IMG/VR virus record: IMGVR_UViG_3300046703_000335
Coordinates: 24,336-88,335 of that record
Length of the DNA: 64,000 nt
From: a virus
Direction: 5' to 3' (one strand)
Position 1 is the stretch's first letter; every line of letters starts with the position of its first letter. The notes under the pieces are model-generated. The model had not been told where the DNA came from. It ran no database searches and saw only the letters and a program-made list of their open reading frames with translations. The translations under genes were made by a program, and so were the position numbers. Positions 30,442 to 39,536 of this stretch are shown here, piece by piece.

Positions 30442-31215
30442 CTAATTAACTTTAAACCCCTGATTAATATAATTAAAAAATTTCAGTCCAACTTTTGCTG
30501 ACTCAGTTTCCTGAGCATTTGCTTTTGACCGGGCGATCTTCACACCAGAGATCAGGCAATCAATACGATTGAGCAACTGACTCTTCTGTTTTGGAGATAA
30601 ACCTCCACTAGCGTAGGTTTGTGTCCAAGTTCCAACTGCTTCATCCGACATAACAATCTCAGTTTGTGCTTGAAACTTATCAGTAGCTTCAGCCTTGGTA
30701 ATAACCTTTGGAATTTTCTTTGTTCTGATACGTTCTATTGGTTCAGATTTCCATACCCCTGTTCGAGTTACATCATCTGACCAAACCTTTGAGGGATCAA
30801 TTGTAGGAATCTCTTCATAGACCTTCCTAACTCTTTCCAGAGCGGATTCCATCTGTACCAGAAATGTTACAGGGGCCTTTTCAAGAATAATCTCTGTAGT
30901 GCCATCAGGAAGCTCTACAACGACATCCGCAGAGGCACTCTGATTACCACGTTCTTTCTGAAGTTCAATATCAATAAAACGAACTATCGATGCTTGAGAA
31001 TAATCAAGTTTATCCTTAACTGTTGTGACCATAGGAGTAAACTCTTCATCAGGGCGATCCTTATCCTGGTCATTGAAAGGAGAATAACTCTTACGTGATT
31101 CAATGAAGTGTGCCGAGCGCTGATTGAATGTTTTAAGAGTTTCATCAATAATCTTGGCAAAGACATCCTTTGCATCTTTTTCTACTGCAAGAAGCTCATA
31201 CAATTTACCACCCAT
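30442..31215 (-). CDS. Hypothetical protein (possibly structural)
   Basis: ORF only. Confidence 0.35.
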   Translation of the reverse strand: MGGKLYELLAVEKDAKDVFAKIIDETLKTFNQRSAHFIESRKSYSPFNDQDKDRPDEEFTPMVTTVKDKLDYSQASIVRFIDIELQKERGNQSASADVVVELPDGTTEIILEKAPVTFLVQMESALERVRKVYEEIPTIDPSKVWSDDVTRTGVWKSEPIERIRTKKIPKVITKAEATDKFQAQTEIVMSDEAVGTWTQTYASGGLSPKQKSQLLNRIDCLISGVKIARSKANAQETESAKVGLKFFNYINQGFKVN

Positions 31216-31309
31216 TAAAAACCTCCTGAGAATATTATGTATATTTTATCTATCTAATAGGATATCTAAAGGATATTATTAAATATAATTAAAACTCTAA
31301 GGTAATAAC

Positions 31310-31350
31310 ATATAAAAATAAAAAAGAGTCCTGCTTTGGCGGGACTCTTT
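31310..31350 (-). terminator. Rho-independent terminator (hairpin usable on both strands)
   Basis: AGAGTCC-TGCTTTGGC-GGGACTCT. On the minus strand it is followed by TTTTTTATTTTTAT. Confidence 0.7.
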
Positions 31351-31375
31351 TGAAAAAGCATATAAACATCAAATC

Positions 31376-32569
31376 TTATCTCTGAGCAGTATTATTCTTA
31401 CCTGCCATTCCCATATTAATACCGAGATCCATAGCTGTCTTAGCATTCAGCATATTAATGAGATCAGTTGCTCCATTTGCACCTTTACTATTTTCACCCA
31501 TAATAACAGAAGGAACCCAGTTACCTTTATATTCAGAGATAGCTTTAGCATAATTAGCGTTAACTTCTTTATAAGCCTCTAATTTTTTATCCAAAGCACC
31601 ATCAGCTGTCATAACAAGTTTCTTACGTTCAGCCTCTCCCTGCCCCAGAAGAATCTGTTCTGCTTTCTTAAATTCAGCAGCCTCTTTGTTAAGTTTAGCA
31701 ACCTCTTTTTCTTGCTCCCCAAGAGTGACTGCGCGCGCCTTGACAACTTCCTGTTCCCAGCGACTTCTTGCAGCATTAGCCTCCCCCTGCTTTGCAACAG
31801 TAATTGCATTCTGTTCTGCTTTTTTAGCATCGGCTATTGAAGTTTGAACATCCATAGTAATCTGCTGTTGACTCTGAATTTGCTTTTCAATTGCCCCATC
31901 ATAAGGGAGGGCATTAATCGCGAAGTTAAATGTTTTTATGCCAAAAATAGCCATAGCAGCATCTTCTTGACGTTCAGGCACTCCATTTTTCATTATTATA
32001 TCAACTACAGTTACGGTTTTTTCAGCGCCAGTCATTTGGTCTATAGTCTTTGCTTCCTTAGAAACAGTTCGGTACACACCATTTTGAATCTGATCCTCTA
32101 CATACTGAATAAGATAGTTTCTTTTTTCGGCATATGACTCTTTGGAAGACATAAGTGGTCCAGTCATATAAATGGCTTTATTTACTACTGTTGCTACTAA
32201 CTGATTTTCAAGAGCTTGGATGCTACCAAATTTTGAATGAATATTAGAAAGATTAATGGGATCCACAGGTAATTCATAACTTACACTGCCGTCCATTGTT
32301 CCATGTCCACCATCATTAAATCTTACTTGAGTTTTAAAGGAGTATATTTCTCTTTTAGGGTACTTAGATACCTTACCAAAACCTTGCCATTTTACACCGG
32401 CAGTTACATGCCAGGTAAGCTTACCAGAAATCGGACTTTGAACTACTAAGATCTGATTAGCATTATTGACCTCAACAAATTGAAAAATTGACCACAAGCC
32501 TATTATGCATATGATCCCCCCAACGATTAATTTAAAAACTCCAGCAGGACTTTCCTGGGCTCTTGCCAT
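31376..32569 (-). CDS. SPFH/band-7 (stomatin/prohibitin/HflK-like) membrane protein
   Basis: N-terminal TM helix, central SPFH-like region, C-terminal Ala/Glu/Lys-rich coiled coil. Confidence 0.55.
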   Translation of the reverse strand: MARAQESPAGVFKLIVGGIICIIGLWSIFQFVEVNNANQILVVQSPISGKLTWHVTAGVKWQGFGKVSKYPKREIYSFKTQVRFNDGGHGTMDGSVSYELPVDPINLSNIHSKFGSIQALENQLVATVVNKAIYMTGPLMSSKESYAEKRNYLIQYVEDQIQNGVYRTVSKEAKTIDQMTGAEKTVTVVDIIMKNGVPERQEDAAMAIFGIKTFNFAINALPYDGAIEKQIQSQQQITMDVQTSIADAKKAEQNAITVAKQGEANAARSRWEQEVVKARAVTLGEQEKEVAKLNKEAAEFKKAEQILLGQGEAERKKLVMTADGALDKKLEAYKEVNANYAKAISEYKGNWVPSVIMGENSKGANGATDLINMLNAKTAMDLGINMGMAGKNNTAQR

Positions 32570-32619
32570 AAGACACTCCTTAATATAAATGTTATTTGAT
32601 TTGGAAGATTCACTCCCTG

Positions 32620-32886
32620 TTATTTATTATCGTTTGTTTCTTCTTTTTTAAGATCTTCTATAGACTTTAATTTTTCATCATTTATTTTTCTTTGCTGCAC
32701 TATATCCTGGATTAAATCTAATTCTACTGAACTCTGCTTTACCTCTTCCAATTTTTTAAGTATAACTCTTTCTTTTGTAAATATCGGGAAATATGAAGTA
32801 CCCCTTAAAAAAGGGTAAATAATTTGAGTAACCAGCACAGAAGCTATAATGCAAAACATACCGAGTTCTAATACAAAAAAAATCAT
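32620..32886 (-). CDS. Small membrane protein
   Basis: N-terminal TM helix. Confidence 0.3.
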   Translation of the reverse strand: MIFFVLELGMFCIIASVLVTQIIYPFLRGTSYFPIFTKERVILKKLEEVKQSSVELDLIQDIVQQRKINDEKLKSIEDLKKEETNDNK

Positions 32887-32917
32887 AAAACTCCTTTTAA
32901 TATTGTCTTAATCCAAG

Positions 32918-33172
32918 TTAATTACTGCCGAATTGCTTGACTTCAGTATCACTGTCAAGAACGCAAGCACAATCTTTAATATTAGGATCACAAATTGCAC
33001 CTATTGCAATAATATCTATTCTCAATCTCTCCAAATTAATCTTAAGATCATTAACAGGTATAATAACTCTATCCATATCAATGTCTTCACAAATAGCGCT
33101 ATCTAAAGAACTTATAACATGATTATAATCTTTGATAAGTTTTTTTCTTAGGATATTAAAGTCTATTTCCAT
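32918..33172 (-). CDS. Hypothetical small protein
   Basis: ORF only. Confidence 0.25.
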   Translation of the reverse strand: MEIDFNILRKKLIKDYNHVISSLDSAICEDIDMDRVIIPVNDLKINLERLRIDIIAIGAICDPNIKDCACVLDSDTEVKQFGSN

Positions 33173-33184
33173 TGCATTTCCCTT

Positions 33185-33406
33185 TTATAAACTTTGAATA
33201 GGCTCTATGGTAGAGCTTTTAGGGCAGACAGTATCTATTTTTTTATTTTTTACTTTTAAACTATTTTTCTTCTTATCCAGTTGAATAATGTAATCATGAA
33301 GTTCATGAAATTCTGAAGCTGAAAATTTTGAATGTGGGTTGCCTACAGCAACTAATCTCTCGGTCAATTCTCTAAATCTGCTATCCATAAAATACCTTCC
33401 ATACAA
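33185..33406 (-). CDS. Hypothetical small protein
   Basis: ORF only. Confidence 0.25.
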   Translation of the reverse strand: MYGRYFMDSRFRELTERLVAVGNPHSKFSASEFHELHDYIIQLDKKKNSLKVKNKKIDTVCPKSSTIEPIQSL

Positions 33407-33622
33407 AAATTAAATGTCATTGTAAAAAATCAGAAATCTGTGCTTCACAAGATGATTGAAATTCTTTAATAACAGCTATTGCATCTTTAACACGCTGAGC
33501 ATCTTCTGGATTTGAGCATATAAGATCAGGATTAAGATATCCACCATCAGCTAAATCATACCAGAAATCACTGGATGATGCCCCACATTTTTTATTTACT
33601 TTCATAAGAAACCTTATATGAA

Positions 33623-34036
33623 TTAAATTGGTAGCCAACAAATAAAAAATGGACCATAAGACCAAAAGTCTACAGAAGATTTTTTTACAATAGTGGATCT
33701 ATCTTTACGAAGACCTCCTACAGAATAGCAATAATACGCAGAATGATTCCCGCACCCAATCCCACAGAGATATGTCTTATATATTGATTTCACCCAAGAT
33801 CTCATTGTAGAATTATCTGTGGCACTTGGTGTGACATTTGATATACCTGGATGAGTATGATACCACCCAATTACCCAAGGACTATTCGCTTTTGAATAAT
33901 TCATTTCCACTTTAGCAGAAGATCCTATAGCATGATATCTACGAATCCCAATGAAAAATCTTATACCTGGAAGAAACTTTTCCAAGCGAATTCCATACAA
34001 GAACCAGCATTCTTCTTTAAAGTTTAGTTTCGACAT
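33623..34036 (-). CDS. JAB/MPN (JAMM) metalloprotease domain protein
   Basis: E .. WYHTHPGISNVTPSATD matches the JAMM motif E-HxHx7Sx2D. Confidence 0.6.
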   Translation of the reverse strand: MSKLNFKEECWFLYGIRLEKFLPGIRFFIGIRRYHAIGSSAKVEMNYSKANSPWVIGWYHTHPGISNVTPSATDNSTMRSWVKSIYKTYLCGIGCGNHSAYYCYSVGGLRKDRSTIVKKSSVDFWSYGPFFICWLPI

Positions 34037-34244
34037 CCGGAGATTCTTTCTTAGCTATTGCATCAATCAAAGCATCTAACCTTACTCGGTCAAATTTTTT
34101 ATCACAAAACCGACAATTTACACGAGAATAATCTTTATGTCCTATAGCATGTGGATGCTTAGCAATTGATAATCCTTTTCTTTTACATGCAGGGCACTCA
34201 ATTCCCCTATAATTTAATCGCATCATATGACCGACTCTAATCAA
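34017..34244 (-). CDS. Zinc-ribbon small protein
   Basis: CPACKRKG .. CRFCDKKF (two CxxC pairs). Confidence 0.3.
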   Translation of the reverse strand: MIRVGHMMRLNYRGIECPACKRKGLSIAKHPHAIGHKDYSRVNCRFCDKKFDRVRLDALIDAIAKKESPDVETKL

Positions 34245-34632
34245 TTATGTCCCCTATTTCCTTTTTCAGCGCTTCTTTGTCTGAATGAGTATTCTTTTCG
34301 TTTATTTTAATGAAATCTTTATTCCTAACCATCTCCCATAACCCACAGTCTTTCAAATCCTCAATTATTGAAAATACCGTACGTTTATCCCTGGACCATC
34401 TTTGCTCACTACCTTTAAAGTCATAATGGGATATCTTTGAATAGTATTGATAAGTTGGATTTTGTATTTCAAGATACTCATCATCTATAAAAAACAACTG
34501 ATAGCATGTTATACGGGTACTCTCTTCAACTGTGATTTCTATAATAGGATATGCTGCAGTTATACGCCTCTTCTTCCTACCATACTTATGCATAAGATTG
34601 TCTACAGCATCTAATATAATAGGAGGGAACAT
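34237..34632 (-). CDS. Hypothetical protein
   Basis: ORF only. Confidence 0.3.
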   Translation of the reverse strand: MFPPIILDAVDNLMHKYGRKKRRITAAYPIIEITVEESTRITCYQLFFIDDEYLEIQNPTYQYYSKISHYDFKGSEQRWSRDKRTVFSIIEDLKDCGLWEMVRNKDFIKINEKNTHSDKEALKKEIGDIID

Positions 34633-34634
34633 TC

Positions 34635-35009
34635 TTACCTAATCTCCCGAATCTCTATAATATCAGGATTTTTACATTCCATAAATTGAAGTCTAGCTCT
34701 TCCAAGACTATTCAAAGTACCTACAAATTCTTTTAGTAATGCTTTTGACTCTTCTGAATATTTATCTGCGGGTATAGAGAATAGTGTAATATAGAGTTTT
34801 AATCGATGATCCTTTTTTTCAGTAAGTTTTGAAAAGTAATCTTTTAGCTTCTTATCACTATCTAAAATGAACTCACGAAAGCCTTCATGTTGAACTTTTA
34901 TGGTATAATCTACTTTCTCGGAAAAGCTTAAAGTAGCCCACTCAAGTGGAAGAAGATTACTATATGCACTCTTATCAGATCTTTTTTTAAGCATCATGCC
35001 TCCTATCAA
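34635..35009 (-). CDS. Hypothetical protein
   Basis: ORF only. Confidence 0.3.
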   Translation of the reverse strand: MIGGMMLKKRSDKSAYSNLLPLEWATLSFSEKVDYTIKVQHEGFREFILDSDKKLKDYFSKLTEKKDHRLKLYITLFSIPADKYSEESKALLKEFVGTLNSLGRARLQFMECKNPDIIEIREIR

Positions 35010-35526
35010 AATGAGGAAGTCTCACTTCACTTAGCATATACCAACCCTCATCAATATACTTAAATATCCTAAAATACCCTGTTCCTTTTAATCTACTTAG
35101 AATCTTTGAAAATTGATATTTAATCTTTATTTGATTCATAGCCTGAACACCAGTAAGATTAAACAAGGTATTTAATATATGCGCAGAATATGATTGACTA
35201 GTAGTCCTATATACAGCTTTTAGCAAAGCTATCTCAAAAGGGTCACAATATTGTTTTAGCTCTTTAAATATTTTTTCTGAATCACCTTCACACAATCTAT
35301 CTAAAGTTTCAAGAAAAGTTACCCGGGCACGTAATTTTGCCAATCGATGTGAGATAGCCCCCTGGGTCAATCCTGTAATGTCTGCTATTTCAACTTGCCC
35401 TAAATTAAAGATACAATAGTACTTGTAAATGTCACGTTCTAAAGAAGGTATCTTATCATAGAATCTTAAGAAATTCTCATAAGATATCTGAGATGCATTA
35501 GCATTGCTATGTTGGCTCAGCATCAT
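34987..35526 (-). CDS. HTH protein resembling sigma-70 region 4 (possible sigma or anti-termination factor)
   Basis: VEIADITGLTQGAISHRLAKLRARV helix-turn-helix. Confidence 0.4.
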   Translation of the reverse strand: MMLSQHSNANASQISYENFLRFYDKIPSLERDIYKYYCIFNLGQVEIADITGLTQGAISHRLAKLRARVTFLETLDRLCEGDSEKIFKELKQYCDPFEIALLKAVYRTTSQSYSAHILNTLFNLTGVQAMNQIKIKYQFSKILSRLKGTGYFRIFKYIDEGWYMLSEVRLPHFDRRHDA

Positions 35527-35700
35527 TTTCCTGGGGATTTAATCGCTTTAAGATATTATCCATTTTAGATTTATATACACCCTGCTCAGCCCAGGTGTAT
35601 CTTGCGCTAATATCAAAAAATTTAGATAGGACTGTAGCGAGTTCTATAATTTCTTTCTTTATAGCACATGTATTACATTGTTCTGGCATATGCAACCCTC

Positions 35701-36558
35701 TTATTGAACATTATTAAATCGATGCAACACACCCGTCTGTTGAGCTTCCCTAACCACAGTGATTAAGCTCTTCAAGTCAAACCTGTGATCATTTCCAGAT
35801 AAACAAATACCTGCGGCAATGACCATTCGCTTGTTATCTTTCGAAATATGGCTGGTGAACTCCTCACCATCCACCTTATATGTCACACTAAAGTGGTCAC
35901 TTCTTTCTACGAACCGAACAAACTCTCCCCCGGCATGTTCCACATCTTTTTTTAAGACATTTTCTTTCTTATCCTCCAAAAACCTTTTATCAAAGGTCGT
36001 TCGAAGAGAATAAGCCATTTTTTCCTCAAATGAGAGATTTGCAAACTTAATCTCACCAGGGTCCACTAACTTTTCCAAACTATCCCGAAGATATTCCGCT
36101 TTAGTAGGGTCATTCCCTGTATCTACACTCTCAAACCAGAAATTAGCACCGTCATAACGAACGATAACACGGTCAAAATTCATGACCGTATCATCAAATA
36201 ATAGCACCGGTATCAGCCCACGGAATGGCAACCCATATTTATTAGCCTTATCCGGGATAGCTAGGAATTCTTTGTCTCTTCTCAGAGTCAGAGTCACTCT
36301 TAGCCTACCAAGACGGCGTAAATAGAGCTCACGTTCAGTAAAGTCTGCATCACCGGTTATTTTAGCAGAAATAGAATTTAAAGGGCGGATTTTATACCAC
36401 CCAGGATCAACATTAGGAACTTTGAATGTATATACCAGCCCATCGATAGTAGTTACTACAGAGTTATTATAGAAAATAGGAGAAATGAACTCCAGATTTG
36501 TGATCTGTTGTTCTTTCCTTCCTAAATTACTAATAATATCAAGGACATTAATAGACAT
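35701..36558 (-). CDS. Hypothetical protein
   Basis: ORF only. Confidence 0.35.
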   Translation of the reverse strand: MSINVLDIISNLGRKEQQITNLEFISPIFYNNSVVTTIDGLVYTFKVPNVDPGWYKIRPLNSISAKITGDADFTERELYLRRLGRLRVTLTLRRDKEFLAIPDKANKYGLPFRGLIPVLLFDDTVMNFDRVIVRYDGANFWFESVDTGNDPTKAEYLRDSLEKLVDPGEIKFANLSFEEKMAYSLRTTFDKRFLEDKKENVLKKDVEHAGGEFVRFVERSDHFSVTYKVDGEEFTSHISKDNKRMVIAAGICLSGNDHRFDLKSLITVVREAQQTGVLHRFNNVQ

Positions 36559-36573
36559 ACAATCTCCCGAGTA

Positions 36574-38136
36574 TTACCTAAAAGATCCACGAGAAATCAA
36601 AGGCGTTTCCATGATCTCGAAAACCAGGTCAAGCTTAGATTTACGAGATAAAAGAGGGATCAATCCCGGTAATGCATAATAATCATTACCTTCAGGGGTA
36701 TAGATATCATATTCAATACCCGCCCTCTTCAAGTTACTAGAAAAGGTATTATCCGCAGGTCCTATATGAATGATCACCACATTTGGACGAACATTAAATG
36801 TCTTTGCATACTGTTCGTACACTGTAGTAAACATAGGACTAGCATTTTCACCCTCATCCGTTATCACCACAATAGTTTCCACACTCTTTTTCTTTAACAA
36901 CAAATAATTAAGTGCACAACCCATCGAAGTTGACCCTCCGGCACGTATGGGTCTAAATGCATTCTCCCAGTCGGTCAAAGAAGTTCCTTTTGCCTCAATC
37001 ACTGCTGGAGTTGTATCAAATGCTACCACAGTAAGTTCTGCTATTGTAGCACCAGAAATCAATGCTGCGGTATTCTTACCAACTTCAATTGCTTTATCCA
37101 TTGATCCGGACCGGTCAACAAATACAGCGGTTGATACTGAAATCTGACCACTCTTTTTGACCTGAGCATCTGCTACTTTATCCAATTGTGCTAAAACATC
37201 TACATCAAGGATACGACCAGTTTTAGCAGCTGTTTTGGACTTAAGTGTCGACACATTCTTTGACTTTTCAGCCTTTTTCAATTTTTCCTGAATAAGTGCT
37301 TTTGTAGCTTCATTAGCCATAGCACCCTTCTCTTCAAGAGAAGCCATGTTATTAATGACTTCCATAGAAGACATGCTATTGATAAGAGCCACGAGTATAG
37401 TTGGAGTAATTTTATCGATCAACCCAATTGCGATCGTATATGGAATTTTATTTTCCACAATCATCTTTGCTGCATCAGCCGGTTCTGCTTCTGATATCTT
37501 TTTCAAGATAGTCAGCTTAGAGTCTTCTGGTATTTTCCCATCAAAAAGAATAGCTTGAGCTTGTGCTGAAGGTTTTACTTTAATTTTCTTGTAAAGGCTC
37601 TTCAAATCAGCTCGATTCTTCAAAGCGACTGTATCAAATCGATCCTTATCCGCTTCCAACCAACGCAAATAATTTTTGATTTCAGTTTCAAAAGAGGAAG
37701 TGGTATTTCTTTTCATACCTACAGTCTTCTCTTCGATCCGAACTTCATCGATTGACTTCTTATCGATCTTGATCTTTTTACCTGTCTTTATCCGAATCTT
37801 AACCTTTTTACCTCGGATAAAACCAAGTATTTTATTCTTCATGAAAACCGCATGTTTTCTGAAAAGAGCAAGACCGACTTCACGATTATCGATAAAGGGA
37901 TCCGTAATAAGCATGGCTGCAAAGATCTCGTTATGATCCCTGATCTCGCCCTTAGCGAGATACCAGCAAGCAAGATGCGCATAGAACAACGGATCATTAT
38001 CCCGAATATCCTCATGGATCTTTTTTAAAACGTCCGTATCACGATGAGGACAAGTCATGAATGAATTGAGCACCCTAACACGGATATCCCCTTCAACTAC
38101 AGGAGCTGCAGGGGGAATAACTCTACGAGTTGTCAT
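36574..38136 (-). CDS. Ro60/Rsr-like protein (TROVE domain plus C-terminal vWA domain)
   Basis: N-terminal DNDPLFYAHLACW resembles the conserved Ro60/Rsr block NDPALFALALC. C-terminal vWA MIDAS motif VFVDRSGSM. Length of 520 aa is typical of Ro60. Confidence 0.6.
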   Translation of the reverse strand: MTTRRVIPPAAPVVEGDIRVRVLNSFMTCPHRDTDVLKKIHEDIRDNDPLFYAHLACWYLAKGEIRDHNEIFAAMLITDPFIDNREVGLALFRKHAVFMKNKILGFIRGKKVKIRIKTGKKIKIDKKSIDEVRIEEKTVGMKRNTTSSFETEIKNYLRWLEADKDRFDTVALKNRADLKSLYKKIKVKPSAQAQAILFDGKIPEDSKLTILKKISEAEPADAAKMIVENKIPYTIAIGLIDKITPTILVALINSMSSMEVINNMASLEEKGAMANEATKALIQEKLKKAEKSKNVSTLKSKTAAKTGRILDVDVLAQLDKVADAQVKKSGQISVSTAVFVDRSGSMDKAIEVGKNTAALISGATIAELTVVAFDTTPAVIEAKGTSLTDWENAFRPIRAGGSTSMGCALNYLLLKKKSVETIVVITDEGENASPMFTTVYEQYAKTFNVRPNVVIIHIGPADNTFSSNLKRAGIEYDIYTPEGNDYYALPGLIPLLSRKSKLDLVFEIMETPLISRGSFR

Positions 38137-38194
38137 ATCTTATCTCCAATCTTATATAGTATCTTATCTGTTATGGCACTCTATATAAAGTACC

Positions 38195-38461
38195 TTAGCT
38201 TTTACCAAACGGAGTATTAGCCCTTACTGTTATGTTCCCGTTTGAGCTAATTTCTATAGCATGGTCCCTGAATTCATCCATGCCTACATCATATTTCTGG
38301 GCTAATGCCATACGAATTTGATCATGATTAACAGATGATGGTGTTATCACTGTTCCGATAGTGATACCCAATGCTTCAAATCGATCTTGTGAAAAAAGAT
38401 CGCTAAACTTAAGATCATCCTGTCTTCCTCGAAACATTACATGGATATCCTGCATACACAC
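38195..38461 (-). CDS. Hypothetical small protein
   Basis: ORF only. Confidence 0.3.
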   Translation of the reverse strand: MCMQDIHVMFRGRQDDLKFSDLFSQDRFEALGITIGTVITPSSVNHDQIRMALAQKYDVGMDEFRDHAIEISSNGNITVRANTPFGKS

Positions 38462-38510
38462 CTCCTATAGATGTTGTTAATATAATGTTGTGTCAAAATT
38501 TTTTAAACTT

Positions 38511-38822
38511 TTATTTACAAATTTTTAATCGCCATTGAACAAATATATTAAGTTTTGAATTATTGATATATAATGCCACATTATCAAATTCAGTTTCATA
38601 GAGAAATTCATGTATTTTATTACCATCACCATAAAAATTCTTAAGTAACCATCTTATTAACAATTCTTCTATATCCCATCCTTTAAGCTCTCTGAACTCC
38701 AATATCTTAATTGCTTTATGCACTACTTCTTCATAAAACTCAATAGAGCCCGTAGCACCCTTACGACCTTTAAGAATATTATGTAACACTAAACAATCAG
38801 TTATAAGATAAGTATTCTTCAT
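38511..38822 (-). CDS. Hypothetical small protein
   Basis: ORF only. Confidence 0.3.
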   Translation of the reverse strand: MKNTYLITDCLVLHNILKGRKGATGSIEFYEEVVHKAIKILEFRELKGWDIEELLIRWLLKNFYGDGNKIHEFLYETEFDNVALYINNSKLNIFVQWRLKICK

Positions 38823-38852
38823 ACTATAACTAATATACTTTTATAAAACGAG

Positions 38853-38902
38853 AATACAAAGTAAAAAAGAAACCCCGATAGAACTTTTTGCTCTACCGGG
38901 GT
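38853..38902. terminator. Bidirectional rho-independent terminator
   Basis: GAAACCCCG-16 nt-CGGGGTTTC perfect 9-bp stem, flanked by an A-run and a T-run. Confidence 0.65.
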
Positions 38903-39100
38903 TTCTTTTATGAAGATCGTAAGAAAAATCAATAAGAAGTAGAGCACCTTATGGGTGGAGCAGTTGGGTTACTTTGGGATACCCACTTATGGTATCCAAG
39001 AAACTTTTTTAATGCTGATGTTTTGTAACTTTTTCTCATATCCGTGCTATCCTAAAATATTTAAAAAATTACGCAGAAGTTAGGGATGCTAATTTTTTGG

Positions 39101-39173
39101 CTTCTAATGATGGACTTGAACCATCGACGCATTTCTTATAAGGAAATTGCCCTACCAACTGGGCTAATTAGAA
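39101..39173 (-). tRNA. tRNA, anticodon UAU (Ile, AUA codon). CCA encoded at 39098-39100.
   Basis: Minus strand TTCTAAT-TA-GCCC-AGTTGGTA-GGGC-A-ATTTC-CTTATAA-GAAAT-GCGTC-GATGG-TTCAAGT-CCATC-ATTAGAA-G-CCA. All stems pair perfectly. Confidence 0.75.
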
Positions 39174-39536
39174 AATGTAAGCAACCAAAGTAATTGCGTA
39201 ATTTTTATTATTGTTTGTTTCAATCCGCGCTTTTCAGCGACTATATAAAAATGAGCTAATATAAGAATCTCTACCTAAGTCGTTCGTACTATATGATGAC
39301 CAGATACCCATACTGGGCAGTGATCATCAAGTTTTTTTTACCCAAAAAAAATGTAAGTCCAAACTATAATGGTAAAAATTCTATTAATTCGTTTGTTCGT
39401 TTCAATCCACGCTTTTCAGCGACTGTACAAAAGTAAAAAAGTTGAAACTACAGAAGTCGTGCATGCTAGTCTGAGGGATTTGAACCCCCTACCTATTGAT
39501 TAGAAGTCAATTGCTCTACCAAATGAGCTAATGTAA
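39174..39536 (-). repeat. Degenerate tandem array of ~175-bp units, each starting (minus strand) with CTTACATT
   Basis: AATGTAAG on the plus strand at 39174-39181, 39346-39353 and 39529-39536. Conserved AGTCGCTGAAAAGCGYGGATTGAAAC segments at about 39214-39247 and 39394-39430, each carrying a CGCT-GAAA-AGCG tetraloop hairpin. Confidence 0.45.
39464..39536 (-). tRNA. tRNA-Arg(UCU)-like element whose 5' acceptor strand does not pair. Positions 1-8 are replaced by the CTTACATT unit motif. Possible pseudogene or repair substrate.
   Basis: Good D-arm GCTC-ATTTGGTA-GAGC, anticodon arm ATTGA-CTTCTAA-TCAAT, T-arm GGGGG-TTCAAAT-CCCTC. The 3' acceptor AGACTAG has no complementary 5' strand. Confidence 0.45.
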
